NCBI GenBank assembly: GCA_013239625.1
Contig: MU053810.1
Location: 6,234,122-6,298,121, forward strand
Direction of reading: 5' to 3'
DNA from: Lama guanicoe
Taxonomy: Eukaryota
DNA length: 64,000 nt
Position numbers and translations under genes: made by a program. The notes below the pieces were generated by a model. That model was not told the origin of the DNA and searched no databases. It worked only from the letters and a program-made list of their open reading frames with translations. Below, piece after piece: positions 1 to 12,766 of the stretch. Position 1 is the stretch's first letter, and every line of letters starts with the position of its first letter.

Positions 1-124
1 CTACATACTAAGTTTTAAAATCTTACTTATCAACAATAAAGGAAAAAAATTGAAATCTGTAATATCAATGTTTTGAACAAGTATCAATAAATAGGGAAGA
101 ATCTCTGCTTTAGATTTTTCATAG

Positions 125-324
125 CTGCACATTTTGTTGTTGGAAACCTTGATCTGAATATAAGAGAGAAAATTCAAAATTGTACAGGAAGAAATATGAT
201 ATCAAATACTACAAATCTTCCAGAAGCTCTGTTGAATGACACAGGCTACAGCAAGCTATTTGACATTGTAGGGACTGACACCTTGAATGTTTCTACAGCA
301 AAATGGGTTTTGTATCATGACTGA
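125..324 (+). CDS. Possible terminal coding exon of an unidentified upstream + strand gene
   Basis: Acceptor-like ctctgctttagatttttcatAG (123-124), then 65 open codons (AHFVVGNLDLNIREKIQNCTGRNMISNTTNLPEALLNDTGYSKLFDIVGTDTLNVSTAKWVLYHD) to TGA 322-324 in AT-rich, non-repeat DNA. ATTAAA near 410 and AATAAA near 874 downstream. Confidence 0.35.
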
Positions 325-1049
325 AAAAGCTTTAGGATTTAAGAAACGCTAGAGTTACATATTTTTAAAGTGTAGAACACAAACTTTATTGAAGGTCTTT
401 TTTATCCAAATTAAAAATTTTTATCTGCTTTTTTGTTAGATCCACGTGAGTCGTGGTAATAGAGGCCTGCACACTCCTCAGAAACTCCATTAAGAGGAAG
501 GGAAAAATTTCAAGTGCTTCCAATTTAAATAGTTAACTTTTTCTGTGTGTATGTCTACACGGCAAGATTATAATAGATTAAGACAAGAAAAAAGTGCATG
601 AGAATTTATTGCAGTTGACCCTGTTTGGTATTTTAGAACATCAAATTAAGATCTGGCAGCTTTTAATGGGCACAGAGTGACATTGGAATGCTGGCCATAA
701 ACACTGAGCTAGACATAAGATCAGTACAAATTATTTCCTTAAGGCATTTGAATTACCAACGAGGTCTTGTTCAATAGAACCATTTAAATTACCATTTGCA
801 TTACATTAAGTAATTTTATATATCCTTCTTAGAGATAAAAGAAAATTATTTTGACAGAATTTCTGCACTTAAAAATAAATCTCAATTTCAATGAGAGGCT
901 TGTAAAAGACGTTATTAGCAGACATGTATTATAAATTTATGATGTGATAGTTTGCATATAATAGTAACTATTGTTTATTATTTATTTTCCTTCTGTGAAC
1001 ATTTGCTCTGATGCACTATGAATTTTTTTCACTTTTACAACAAACCTTT

Positions 1050-1420
1050 TTCTTAATTGAGGTATAATTTACATACAAAGACATGCACAGATTTTAAGTG
1101 TACAACTTAATGAGGATTTTCCCCTGTTGTTAATTCTGATGTTGTTAATTTTGGTGAAGTCTAATAAATCACTTTTTTCTTTTATGATAAGTGTTTTTGG
1201 TGTCCTATCTATGAAATCTTTGCCTATCTCATGATCACAAATATTTTCTCCTCTGTTTTCTTCTAGAAGTTTTATAGTTTAACTGCAGTTTGAGTTATGC
1301 TTATGATTGATCTGGAACTAATTTTTATGAGTGGTGTGAGGTAGGGGTTGAGATTTATTCTATTTCCAGGCACTTATCCAGTTGTCCAAACATCATTTGT
1401 TGAAAAAATTTTCCTGCTTC
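1050..1420 (-). mobile_element. Old LINE-1 (L1M) 3'/ORF2 fragments
   Basis: ttaattgaggtataatttacatac..., aaatctttgcctatctc...ttttcttctagaagttttatagtt: typical antisense L1M text. Confidence 0.75.
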
Positions 1421-2099
1421 AGCTGCACCATAACTTGGGTGACTGGCTTAATTCTCAGGTTCAGTGACAGAAAGTCCATTTGGCTCTCATAGTAAACTTT
1501 ATCTTCCCAGTCTAGCCTTCATTACTATGAAGGTGATGTTTTAGTCTCCAATAACTGTTCATCTGGTCTCCTTGCAAGCTCCCAATAAGGGGATCTAGGT
1601 TTAAAGCCAGCAACTGGCTTGTTGCAGGTCCATGCTGCATGAACATTTCTATTTCCTTTTTTCTCCCAAGATATTAAGTTACATGTAGATGATGTTTGGT
1701 TGAGGCTTTTTTTTTTTAATCTTTTTTTTACTGGAAAGTATCTTGGCTCCTGTTACAGAGTATTTTTTTTTTAAGATAAAAATCATGATTCTCATACTAA
1801 TATAAAACCAAAGCTGGTCAAGGATTTTATTTAATTCATTAAACAATGGAGGACCCTGCAAGAGTTTCAGAGGAGAACTTAAAGGGGCACAGGTTTACAG
1901 GTTTACATGCGATAGGGAAATGTTGGAAATGAATTTACAAATAAAGAGACTAATCCATCCTCAAGGCGACTGTAAATTACATCTCACCTGACACAAGAAA
2001 TTTGCATTTCTGTGGTCAAGAATCATTTGTATTATTACCGTATTCTACAATGTACAGGGTTGCAGAACAGCTCACAGACAATGAAAGATGTAGATGATC

Positions 2100-3210
2100 A
2101 GGATGGGTGAGCTACAGGACACCCACTGATTTTTTTTGCCCATGTCGAAGTCCTTCACAGACTTTCCTGACACTTTCTACCTTTGCCCTGTTTCACAGGG
2201 TGAGCCTGGTCCTGTTCTTTGCCACAAGATTCTAATCAGATTCAGCTGCATTTACCTGGTTTTACCTAACTGCTTTTTTTTGACCTTTCCATTTGAATAT
2301 ATAACAGGTACAAGCTTGATATGGATAAAAAAATTTATTTTCCCTTAAACCAATCCTCCTTCCAGTCTTTCTCATGTCAGTAAAAGGACCGCTCCTCTCC
2401 AGACCTCAGTCCCGAGCCCTGGAGCCACCATTGATTCTCTTTCATTTCTTACCTTCATCTAATGCATTAGCTGTCCTTTGGGCTCTCCTCCCCCAAAATA
2501 CATCCATCTCTTTATCTCTGTCCTCACCTAATTAGTCTAAGCCCCATGAACTATCCCTTGGGCCATTTCAATAACTTCCCAACTGGTCTTGCTCCTTATC
2601 CCCTGCTCCCAATCCATTCTCCACACAGCAGCAAGAATAATTGAAAATAAAATAAAGTAAAGTAAAATAAAATAAAAGCAAATAATATTTACCAGTGCTT
2701 TCCATACACCAGGCACCATTTCTGATTTACAATTAATTATTTCAATACAGTCCTGTGCTATGCTATTGTTATCTTTATTTAATAAATGAAGAAACTAACC
2801 TATGCAGTTGTTAAATAACCTGCCTTCATTCATACATTTAGTAGATGGTAGAAATGGTATTTGAATCTACACTGTCTGATTCTAGAGCTTGGACTATTAA
2901 CCACTATATGTCCTGCTTCCCTGAACATGGCAAATTTGTCATTCCTTGTTACAGAAAATGTAACCTTGCCTTTGTACTTAGGATAAAATTTAAACTCCTT
3001 GACATGACCTCCAAGGCTTTACAAGATCTGATGCCAACTCTACCTCTCCAACCTCATCTCGTAATTGTCTCTCCCCATTGCAAGCTGAGTTCAAGCTATC
3101 CTGGTGTATTCCTCTTTTCCTGAGTATTGAGAAACTCTGAACTGCTTGGAATTCTCACCTCCTGACTCTGCTTGAATGACATCTTCACATCCTTTTGGTC
3201 TCAGCTCAAA
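2100..3210. mobile_element. Degenerate L2 fragments with an embedded MIR (~2690-2905)
   Basis: L2-like ccaatccattctccacacagcagc, aaactccttgacatgacctccaaggc; MIR-like core atgaagaaact...ttaaataacctgcc...atttgaatc. Confidence 0.6.
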
Positions 3211-4849
3211 GATAACCTCTTGCCCTTGTTAGGTAAAGTCCAGGGAGACATGGAAGTGTAGCTGCAGTGGGAGGTAAGGGGTGGTTTGAAGGTAGGGGCT
3301 GAGGAAACTCAGGGAGCCTTCATTTCTCCAAGAACTTTGTCCTAAATTGGTGCATTTTCCAAGAGAAGTAGTGTGATATATTCAATTTATAAAGATGTGA
3401 TCGGCTGTGAAACATTAGTAGGTCAGAAGTTTTTATGTTATCACCACACCCTTAGCTGTAAGATGAGCCTAATAATAATGTCTTCCTGCCTGAATCGCAG
3501 GGTGGGTGTGCCGGTAACACAGGCAAAAAGTTGCTTCGAAAATTGTAAACAGGAACAGTTGTTAGTAAGTCCAGGCTGATGTGGTCTTCACAGCATAGTG
3601 ATGCCTTCCCTTGTGAGTTCTACCAAGGATGAAGCAGTGAGATCAATGGGCTGAAAGGAGAAGCCCTTGGGAGGTGCTTCATTGTCTGCCCTGGGGACCT
3701 CAAGGGTCCCCACTGCTGATCATGCAGCAATCTTCAGGCACTAAGTTAGTAACAATATGTTCATTTTATTCTTTCAGTGAACACAGCAAAGAAATACATT
3801 TCAAATGGGAAATTTTTCTCTAGTTTACTTAGTCCAGAATCCCCTCCATCCTTCATTCTCTTTCTCCCTTATTTCCTTCCTTCCCGTCTTTGTCCAGATT
3901 GAAGAAGGAATCTGATCAAAGTGGAAAACTTCCTATGAACCAATGAATGTCAAGCACAGTAAAATTTGTGGCAGTAGTTATTTTCAGAACTAATCATTAA
4001 TGATTTGAGAGGATGCTGCTGTAATCAAATGACCCAGTGGAGTTCCTAAGGCCACATAAAGCTAGCTCAACTACTTCTGTTTGCTTTGCTTCCTTCACTT
4101 TTATATTCTATGATCTCAGGTGAAAGTATAAAACAATTCATTACTGGAAATGTAAATTTCTAATTGGAACTGTGTTGAAAAATATCTCCACTTTTTAATC
4201 GTAGTTTATTCAAAATAGGGGACAAAGTCAGATTGTCTGTCTCAGTTTTCTTTTATTTCAGTTTCCACCCTCACCTTGAGTGATTCTAAGTTATCTTTAT
4301 TATTATTTTTAAGGAATCTTACTCAATTTCCCCCCATAATATCTTTCATAATGACATGATTCTTTTTCATTTGAATCTTGCGAAGCTAATCCCAGTAAAC
4401 TCCTATGGGCAGGGTCACACAGTCTGTGTCCCCCGTTTCTCCCCTCCTTGAGTAAATGGGGTTTTCTTGATTGAAAGCGCTCAGTGCCTTGTCTTCACCC
4501 TTCCAGGCACATCGGAGAAACATCTGGTTACTCTCCTTCAGCTTCTTACCATGTAGCTGTCTTTCCTCTCCCAGCTGCGGACGTGTGGGGGACACTGGCT
4601 CCTCCAAAGGCAAGCATATTGGAGTCAGGGCCTGGGGCCACCTGATTCAGAACTCTCAAACCAACTCCCCTCTCTGCTCCTCTTCTCTTGCACTCTCTCC
4701 TCCCACTCCAAGCATTGTCTCTTTGGAGGCTGGCAGTGGAAGTGGGAAAAATGAACCCTGCTCAATTACAGGTTATTTCAAATCTTTTCTTTCTTATATT
4801 TTGTATTAGAGGTTATCACTAGCCTCCAATATTCATTCTATTCTGTGAT

Positions 4850-5640
4850 GCAGAATCTTGGATAATGTGTCTAGCCAAAGAATATGTATTTTCAGCCTCC
4901 TTTGCAGCTAGCTCTGGCCAGGTGAATAAATATTTTGCCCATGACAGATAAGTGAAAGTATCATTTGGGACTTTTAGGAAGCCCTTAAAATATGCTTTCT
5001 TCATATCCTCCTTCCAGCTGCTTGGAATGCAAACCTTGGAATCGCTGTCTTTGGACCCCAGAGTGACCTTGAGTATAGAAGCCACATACTAAGGACGGCA
5101 GAGCAGCAGAATGGGAGGTGCTGAGGTGCACGAGGGTCCTGTAGTCCCACTTCTCAGTTGTTTTGATATGAGGGAATAAAGCCTAATGTGACGAAGCCCC
5201 TGACTTTCAGATCTTGGTTACAAACTGTTTAAGTCTGCCAGGGCTGCCCTAACACAATGACCACAGGCTGGATGGCCTACACACCAACAATTCATTTTCT
5301 CAGTTCTGGAGGCTGGAAGGCCAAGATTGAGGTACCAGAAAATTTAGTTTCTAACGAGGCCTCTCTTCCTGGCTTGTAGGCTGCCGTCTTCTCTCTGTGT
5401 CCTCTTATGGCTTCTTCTCTGTACCCATGTGGAACAGGGAGAGAGAGAGAGAGGGAGACAGGGAGACAGATGTGTGTCTTCCTTTTCTTACGGACACCAG
5501 TTCTATTGGATCAGGGCCCATGCTTACGACCTCATTTAACTTTTAGTACCTCCTCTTACGCTCTATTTCCAAATGTAGTCACAGAAGAGGGATTAGGGCT
5601 TCAAAGTGTGCATTTTGGGGGACACAAACACAGTTCCTGT
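4850..5640. mobile_element. Two MaLR (MLT1-type) LTR remnants (~4850-5200 and ~5226-5640)
   Basis: gtgaccttgag..gaagccacatactaaggacggcagagcag; agggctgccctaaca...ctcagttctggaggctggaag...ttttgggggacaca. Confidence 0.7.
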
Positions 5641-5770
5641 CTCATAAGCCCAGGGGCCTTTGTTTTTGAAGCTCAAGAGCCATAAATTTGACTTCTCTTG
5701 TTTTCAGGTCTTTCCTGATTATCTATACTCACAGATAATTTCTATTTGACAGCTGGAGCTCGACTTCCAC

Positions 5771-6712
5771 ATTAGTTTGCTAATGTTTTCTTGAGGATTT
5801 TTGCATCTATGTTCATCAGGAATACAAACCTGTACATTTCTTTTCTTGTAGTGTCTTTATCTGGCTTTGATATGACGGTAATACTGGACTCATAAAATGA
5901 GTTTGGAAGTGTTGCCTCATTTTCAGTGTTTTTTTTTATCAGTTTGAGAAGAATTAGCATTGATCCTTCTTTAAATGTTGGTAGAATTCATCTATGACTC
6001 CATTTGTTCTTGGGCTTTCCTTTTTTGGGAGATTTTTGATTACTGATTCATTCTCCTCACTTGTTACTCGTCTGTATAAAATTTATATTTTTTTTTATTA
6101 TTTAGTCTTGATAGATTGTATATTTCCAGGAATTTACCCATTTCTTTTAGGTTGTCCAATTATTTGGCATATAGTTGTTCATTGTAATCTCTTATGATAT
6201 CCTGTATTTCTGTAGTATTAGTTGCATGTCTCAATTTTCTTTTATAATTTTAATTATTTGAGTCTTCTCTCTTGGTAAGTGTAGCTGAAAACTTGTCAAT
6301 TTTATTTATCTTTTCAAAAAACCAACCTTTAGTTTCTTTTTATTATTTTTTAATTCTCTAACTAATTTCTGCTATGATCTTTGTTATCCCTTTCTTCTGA
6401 TGCTAACTTTGAACTTAGTTTGTCTTTTTTTCGTAGTTACTTCAGGTATAAAGATAGGGGTTTTTTTTTTTGAGGTCTTTCTTTTTTTCTTAATTTAGAC
6501 ATTTATTGCTGTAAAATTCCCTCTTAGAACTGCTTTTGCTGCATCCCATAAGTTTTGGTAAGTTATGTTCCCTTTTGATTTGTTTTACCCATCGGTTGTC
6601 CAGGAACATGTTGTTTAACTTCCACATATTTGTGAATTTTCTAGTTTTCCTCTTGTTATTGATTTCTGGTTTCATACCACTGTGGTCAGAAAAGCTGCTT
6701 GGTATAATTACA
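5771..6712 (-). mobile_element. LINE-1 ORF2 fragment (internally deleted)
   Basis: ORF track peptides LPNSFYESSITVISKPDKDTTRKE..MNIDAKIL and MKPEINNKRKTRKFTNMWKLNN are L1 ORF2p-like. Confidence 0.9.
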
Positions 6713-8135
6713 ACCTCTTTGGTAAGGGAAGACTTTCACCTGTGGCTGAGGGAACACTGGTGCATGCTGTGACTCCAGGTCTAGTGGTGCAAGTCACCAA
6801 ATGCAGGCACGTGTGGTGGCACCAAGTCTGGGGGGTGTGATGGCTTGTTGGCTCAGGCTGTTGGGTTCCACAGCATTGACAACCGTGTGGTCCTTGGTGA
6901 GCACTGAGGAGGAGGGGGAGAAGGTGCACAGGGGCTGCAAGGGCTACTGGGGTCCTCAGCAGTGCTTCCAGATCCAGTGGATAGGCAGTGGCTGTTGCAG
7001 GAAAGAGTGCAACAGTTCAGTGTTATATAGCTCAGTGTTACTGCTCAGTGTTACACCTCAGTTGTGACAGCAACTTGGATCTGGGCGAGAGACCAAGCAG
7101 CACTCGGAGAGTTGGAGAACTCAGGTTTATTAGCCAGCAGGCCCAGAGGAGTTAACACTCCAAGCTCTGGACCCCTTTTGTAAGTTTACACAGGATTTTA
7201 TAGGCTGCCAGTTTACACTTTGCAACATCATATGTAAATAAGGTATAACAAAAGTTGACTAGTTAGGAACAAGCTTTGTAGAAATGGATCAATCAGGAAG
7301 GAGAGAAATGGACCAATCAGGAGTGAGCTCCATGCAAATGAAATACTACAAATGGACCGATCAGGAGTTAGCTCAAGGAACCAACAGAATTTTAGGTGTA
7401 AGTTCCACTTTCCTAGAAGTAAGCCATTTCAGAGGCAAAAAGTGAGATAGAGCCTCTGGGCCAGGGAACCAGATAGTGCTGTCCCTGCCTGGGGGTCCTG
7501 CCCATCTTTTTTTATGGGGCTTCCCACCTCATGGCACTGGCTGGCACTGGTGGTGTGCATGTGCTCAGCCGTGGGGGCCAGCTGCAGGTGCCTGTGATAT
7601 GGAAGCCAGTGAAATCTGCAAGGGGTCTCTGGTTTCTTCAGTAATGAAGGCTGCTTGGTTTGTCACTAAAGTAGGTCCCTGAGAAAACATAAGCATTCCT
7701 GCTATATGGCTGCTGTAGGCAGCCTCTAATCTTCTTTGTTGTTCCTAGCCATCTGTATTTATCTCAGCTTTGCCTGTCTCTGATTGGGGTGAAACTGAAG
7801 TGGGGCCTTTTTGTGGTGCCCAGAAAGACTGGGGAAGCTGGTTGCTCACCCTGCTCTTCCTCTTCCTGTGAGAGGAACTGTTTCTAACCAGGGAGTTCTC
7901 TCTTAATGCTCAGCAATGCTGGCTTGGGGGATGGGATGATGCAGGCAAAATGAAGCTGCCTTCCTTCCCTTTTGTTGTGGTTATTCTCAAGTTTTTTGTT
8001 CCACTGTGTTACTAAAGTTTCTTAAGTGAACTCCAGAGCTCTCCCAGGTCTATTTTTGTTTGTGATCTAACTGTTGATCTCTGTTGGGCAATAAAGACTA
8101 GGGTTCCCATACTCTGCCATGTTGGTTACATCATT
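6713..8135 (-). mobile_element. Old L1 5'-region/5'UTR-like sequence, interrupted by the ERV1 LTR
   Basis: G-rich degenerate text contiguous with the L1 ORF2 fragment, ending in ctctgccatgttgg (reverse complement of an L1 5'-end-like ccaacatggcagag). Confidence 0.55.
6993..7531 (-). mobile_element. ERV1-class solo LTR (539 bp)
   Basis: TG...CA ends, perfect 4-bp TSD tggc (6989-6992, 7532-7535). Minus-strand TATAAAA (7196-7202) and AATAAA (7126-7131), three aaatgga.c.atcagga CCAAT-type repeats, octamer ATGCAAAT (7332-7339). Confidence 0.85.
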
Positions 8136-8179
8136 CTCTCTGATAAGCATTAAATTATATGTAACATACACACATGTAC

Positions 8180-8910
8180 ATACATGAAAACAAAGCTAGC
8201 CCTCTTTCTCATACTATGTACAGAAATAAAGATTTAATATTAGAAAGCCATAAACAAGTAGAATAAATTTTTGGAGAGCAAATTTGGAATAGAAAAACCC
8301 TTCAAACAGACCAACGAGCATAGTAATCAGAAAGACAAATATGTCTTTCAACATACATCCTTTTAAAAGTTCATGGCAAAAAAAAAATAGACTAAATTAA
8401 AGGCAGACTGGAAAATATATTTTCAATAGGTATGACAGACAGAACTACTAACATCCATAATAATAATTTCTCTAAATGATAAGAAATAGAAAGCACGTAA
8501 GGGAAAAAAGGGCAAAGGTGATTCATTGAAGATAAAATTTAAATGACCAATAAATGTATAAAAAGATACTCAAACTGGCTAGAAGTCAAGTTGATGAAAG
8601 TTAAACAAGGAGTTTATATTTTAAAATCATGTAATTGGCAGACTGAAAAAAAAAAAAGAAGGGAAGGGATCACGTTGAGTGGTATCAGGGTTGCAGGAAA
8701 GCAGGTGTTCTCTTACTTTGCTTCTGGAAGGAGTGAACTGCAGTGCTTTGTCTGAATGTAATCTGACCACATCCACTAAAATAAAAACAATCCATTCTCT
8801 TTGGCACAGGAATTCCAGTTTGCAAATCTGTCTTGTGGAGACAGTCGTATGTGAAGCCATATGTTCCTGGTTATTTGTTACAACTTTGCTTGTATGGCAA
8901 GAAAAGTGAA
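8180..8910 (+). mobile_element. Ancient L1 (L1ME-like) ORF2 3' fragment
   Basis: A-rich degenerate text: aaatgaccaataaatgtataaaaagatactcaa, gactggaaaatatattt. Confidence 0.6.
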
Positions 8911-9699
8911 AATGATTATGTTGTCAGTTACTAAATGACTAAGTTAGAAAGATGTTAAAAAGCCAAAGATTCATTCATGAGAAGATACTAACATGGAACC
9001 ATGTCATGTAACCTTGTTCCAGCAGCAAGAACTGTGTTGGGGAAGAAGTACCTTAATCTTGATATCAGTATTTTATAAGAACTACTTTTACCTTTGAGAC
9101 CTCTCTCTCTGAAAATGGGTAGGGCTTTGAGCTCATCGTTATCTGTTCGGCTTTGCTTAGTTACGGAGTCTGGAAATTCTTTCTGATTGAGGGAGTGTTG
9201 CCTGGATGTACAGTTAAATAATCTTGGGGCCTTGTACATGCCAAACAGAGTGTGGATTATCTTTAGAGCATATTTACAAGTACTGATATATAATTTTTTA
9301 TCTTCGCATATCAATATATATGATATTGGATATATATGTGATATAGATGTGGTATGTACTGACAAAGGTGGGGAATGTCTATGATTACTGTTATTCAATG
9401 AGAAAGGCAACGTGCTGAGAAATAGACATAATATGATCTCATTGTTATAGGACCACATACACTCCCTAGATAGTAGCATTTATTCATATTAATTTGGAGA
9501 GCTTGTTGAGGAAATGCCATCTATGATGCATATTTCATTTTACATATTTCAGTTCCTCCAATTACAACAAACACATATTACTTTAATTAATTTTTATAAA
9601 TAAAAATACATAAAATAGAAAAATCCATATATACAGTAAAAAAACCTCAAAGGCCAGTTTGCTCAGGATAGAAGGAAGGGGCTTGAGGTTTTGAGAAGA

Positions 9700-11500
9700 G
9701 TGTTGAGGCTATGAAAGCTGGGAGCAATCTGACAAGCAACCATGAGGGACTGCAAGGCAGCACTGATGGCCCATTTGAGGCTGGGGATCACGAACTTATG
9801 GGGGTACCAATATGTGGCATGACACTTTCTCTAGTAGTGCTTGCCTGAGTCATGCAGAAAGCAGCATTTTGTAAACTCTAAGTGGGGTTGTGAAAAGATT
9901 CAGGAACCAGATGGTTGAAGCTTTTTTTGTTTTGTTTTGTTTTGTTTTTTGCAGTATCTTGCTGAAATGAAGGTTCATTAATTCTAAGTTGATTGAATAT
10001 GGAAATGAAGTAAGGAGAGGCCAATGATTTGGAGAAACCAGAGGGGTCAGCAGACTGGTTCCAGTGAGGCTAAAGAACAGTGGGAAAAGTTGAACATGGT
10101 GCAGGATGTGCTCATGGTTAGAGACAGTATTAAAAAGACTTAACAACTATAAAATACGGGTACTGACCAATCAGACTGATGCCTGGTCAATCGGCACAGG
10201 GCACCCAGTTCACTATACACATGGGTGCAGCCTGAATAGCACCCTGATATAGGAGTTGGTAGTAGAGGAATTGAGATAAAAGTCATCAGGGTTAAGGAGA
10301 TCAATGAACTGAGGGATAAGCATTTTGTCTGGATTGTTCTTATGGACACTAACGTCACATAAAATGACGGGAAAGGGACTGCAAGCCAGTTGCTCAAATC
10401 TTCGATGAGTGACTGGGATTAATGGGAGGGTTGGTTGGTGATGACGATGACAAAGAAGGGGAGAGGGTGTATAGCCCAATGGCTCAGACTCCACTTCCAA
10501 GCAACACAACATACCGCAGGTGGTGCCAGGAAAGGTCTAAGAAAGTAGAGACTAAAATGAGAATGTAGAGATGAATCACATGCAACTAGATTGAAATGGA
10601 GACCCCATCACTGGTGATAGAGAACAGGTAACTCCTGACACAAGGTAGCATCGCGATTGTCAAACATCCACTCTTGGGGAACTGGGGTAGCATACAGTTC
10701 GAAGAATATGTACTTGTTGGAGGAATGTTTCAGGCACCTGAGAAACAGGGAGAGGCTAGTTGTAAGGGCATTGGAATTGAATGGCTGCTGCTAAGTTCAG
10801 TTAATGCTTTGGAAGGTTTTCATTACTGCCTGGGGTGATAGATGAACAAAGGACGCCATCCTTGATAGTGCTTTTCATTGAGATAGAGTGAGGACTCGAT
10901 CTGGAGGGAGATGAAGATGCTGCTGTTTGCTTTGGGATATTTGAGGTGAGAAGGGGGCTGTATATATGGGTTTGGAGGTCAACAGGGATATTAGTTTTGA
11001 GAGTTGTCAACATATACATGATAACTGAAACCACTGCCAGGGATGAAATCTATGGGGGAGCAGTAAGATTGTCATGGACAGTTGTGCAACTTGTGCACTG
11101 CAGTGCTGGGGGCCAAGGACGGGACTCTGAGGAATACAGAATAGATAAGTGGAGGATGATGAACTCAGGAAAGAGACTTTTTCTTCTACTAGAGAAGTTG
11201 GGGGGGTGGAAATCAGGAGAATGTGATGTCATTCAAGGTTAGAGAAGAAAATCAATAGAGTAGTGAATGGTATTGAATGCTGCAGAAGGACCAAGAAAGA
11301 AGAGGACTTAAAAGTATCCATTTCAGATACAAAAAAAGTCACAGATGACTTGGGTAAGAGAAGTTTCAGCAGAGTGATGGGGCAGATTGAGGGGCTTTAG
11401 CTGGAAGTTAAGGGAGACCCCTTTTATTGGTTGTCATTTAGGATAAGAGAGACTGGAGAATCTTTCTGTATTGAGAGGACAAAGGGCTGAGGGGTATAAG
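9700..11500 (-). mobile_element. Degenerate L2 fragments
   Basis: gtttggaggtc...gagagttgtcaacatatacatgataactgaa, gaatgctgcagaaggaccaagaaagaagaggact, agtttcagcagagtgatggggcag. Confidence 0.55.
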
Positions 11501-12491
11501 AATGCTGGTAGGAGAGATGCTGAAGGGGTTTCCAGAGGGAAATGAAGAGAGGAAGGGGGCTGGCGGATTGAAAGTTACGATAGAAACACCGTAGATACCA
11601 TGGGAATATTGGTACATCTAATCAGTAATGATTTTTCCATCAGCCTACTAAGTTGGAAACTCCTGGAAGGTCAAGGACTTATTTTGTGAGTTTATTAAAT
11701 GAATAATACTTATCTTCAATGGTTACCATGATGTTAGAAGAAGAATCCATGAAGAATATTTGGCCTAGGGTCCTCATGTAAGATGTGTTATATAAATGTT
11801 ATTTGTATCAGAATCTGAAAGAACAGTTTTCACTATAGTTCAGCTTGGTAATTTTTTAATGTAGACAAAAATCACCCCAAATGAAAGGAAATCATAGGAA
11901 TTGACGTCAATCAGCAGGGAATTCAAATAAGACCCAGCTTTTTAAGTCTGAAGTCCCGTTTGGGGACAGCTCTGCCAATTGTTAGCTCAGCCAAGTCCCT
12001 TGATCTCGCTGAGGTTCTCAGCATCCTCAAGGGGGTAATTCGCACTTTCACTACAAGGTTGTGTCAAAAATCAAACAGCAGTGGTCTACAAACTGGGAAG
12101 TGCCGTAACAGACTACATGGAAGCACTGACGATAATTAACACTGAATTCTATATTGAACAGCAAGCACTTTGTGTTCGCTGTGCTCCCAGTGTGTAGAAC
12201 GACACGTTTGGCCTCTATTACATTTCTTCCTTCTGTCCTCAGGGGACAGAACACTCTGTTTATCACATCAAGGTTCTCAGAAATATGTCCTGAGGGGATA
12301 GAACAAATGTAGCGTAAAATTTATAACTCTCCTCAACAACTGAAGATTAGACAACATTAAGAGGTAGAAGGATGCTCTAGAAAAAGACCAGACTTTGGAT
12401 CTTAACAGTCTTCACAAAAGGATCTCTAAACTCTAACTGACTGGACTGTCACTGCCAGTGGGTGCCCACTGGCTGGGTATTGCCTGGCCTT

Positions 12492-12505
12492 CCAGCAGGT
12501 GGAGC
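12492..12505 (+). promoter_or_regulatory. Candidate CTCF motif in a small GC-rich patch
   Basis: CCAGCAGGTGGAGC differs at one position from the core CCASYAGRKGGCRS; motif match only. Confidence 0.3.
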
Positions 12506-12766
12506 CCTGTTACTCTTGCTGTCCACCCCTGCTGACAATGTGCGGTCTCCAGTCCAGAGCCCAGCCACCCTGGGCCCCAGTGCTACCGTGAGGCCCCAGG
12601 GGCTGGGATCCAGGGAAGGCCCCTCCAGCAGGGAGCCATGGGCCTCAGTGTGAAGCTCCCCTGAGACATTATGCTAGAAGGTTGGCATGGGGAATTCCAC
12701 TGGGTTGTTCCCAAACCCACTATGCAGCACACTCAACTATGAAACATGTTTAAAATATAATTGTCT

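Noticed and set aside
8988..9479. 163-aa minus-strand ORF
   Set aside because: No recognisable homology, includes an AT-dinucleotide low-complexity stretch, and has no convincing splice signals.
11901..11910. Perfect CRE palindrome ttgacgtcaa
   Set aside because: A single 8-10 bp motif with no promoter context is expected by chance in 64 kb.
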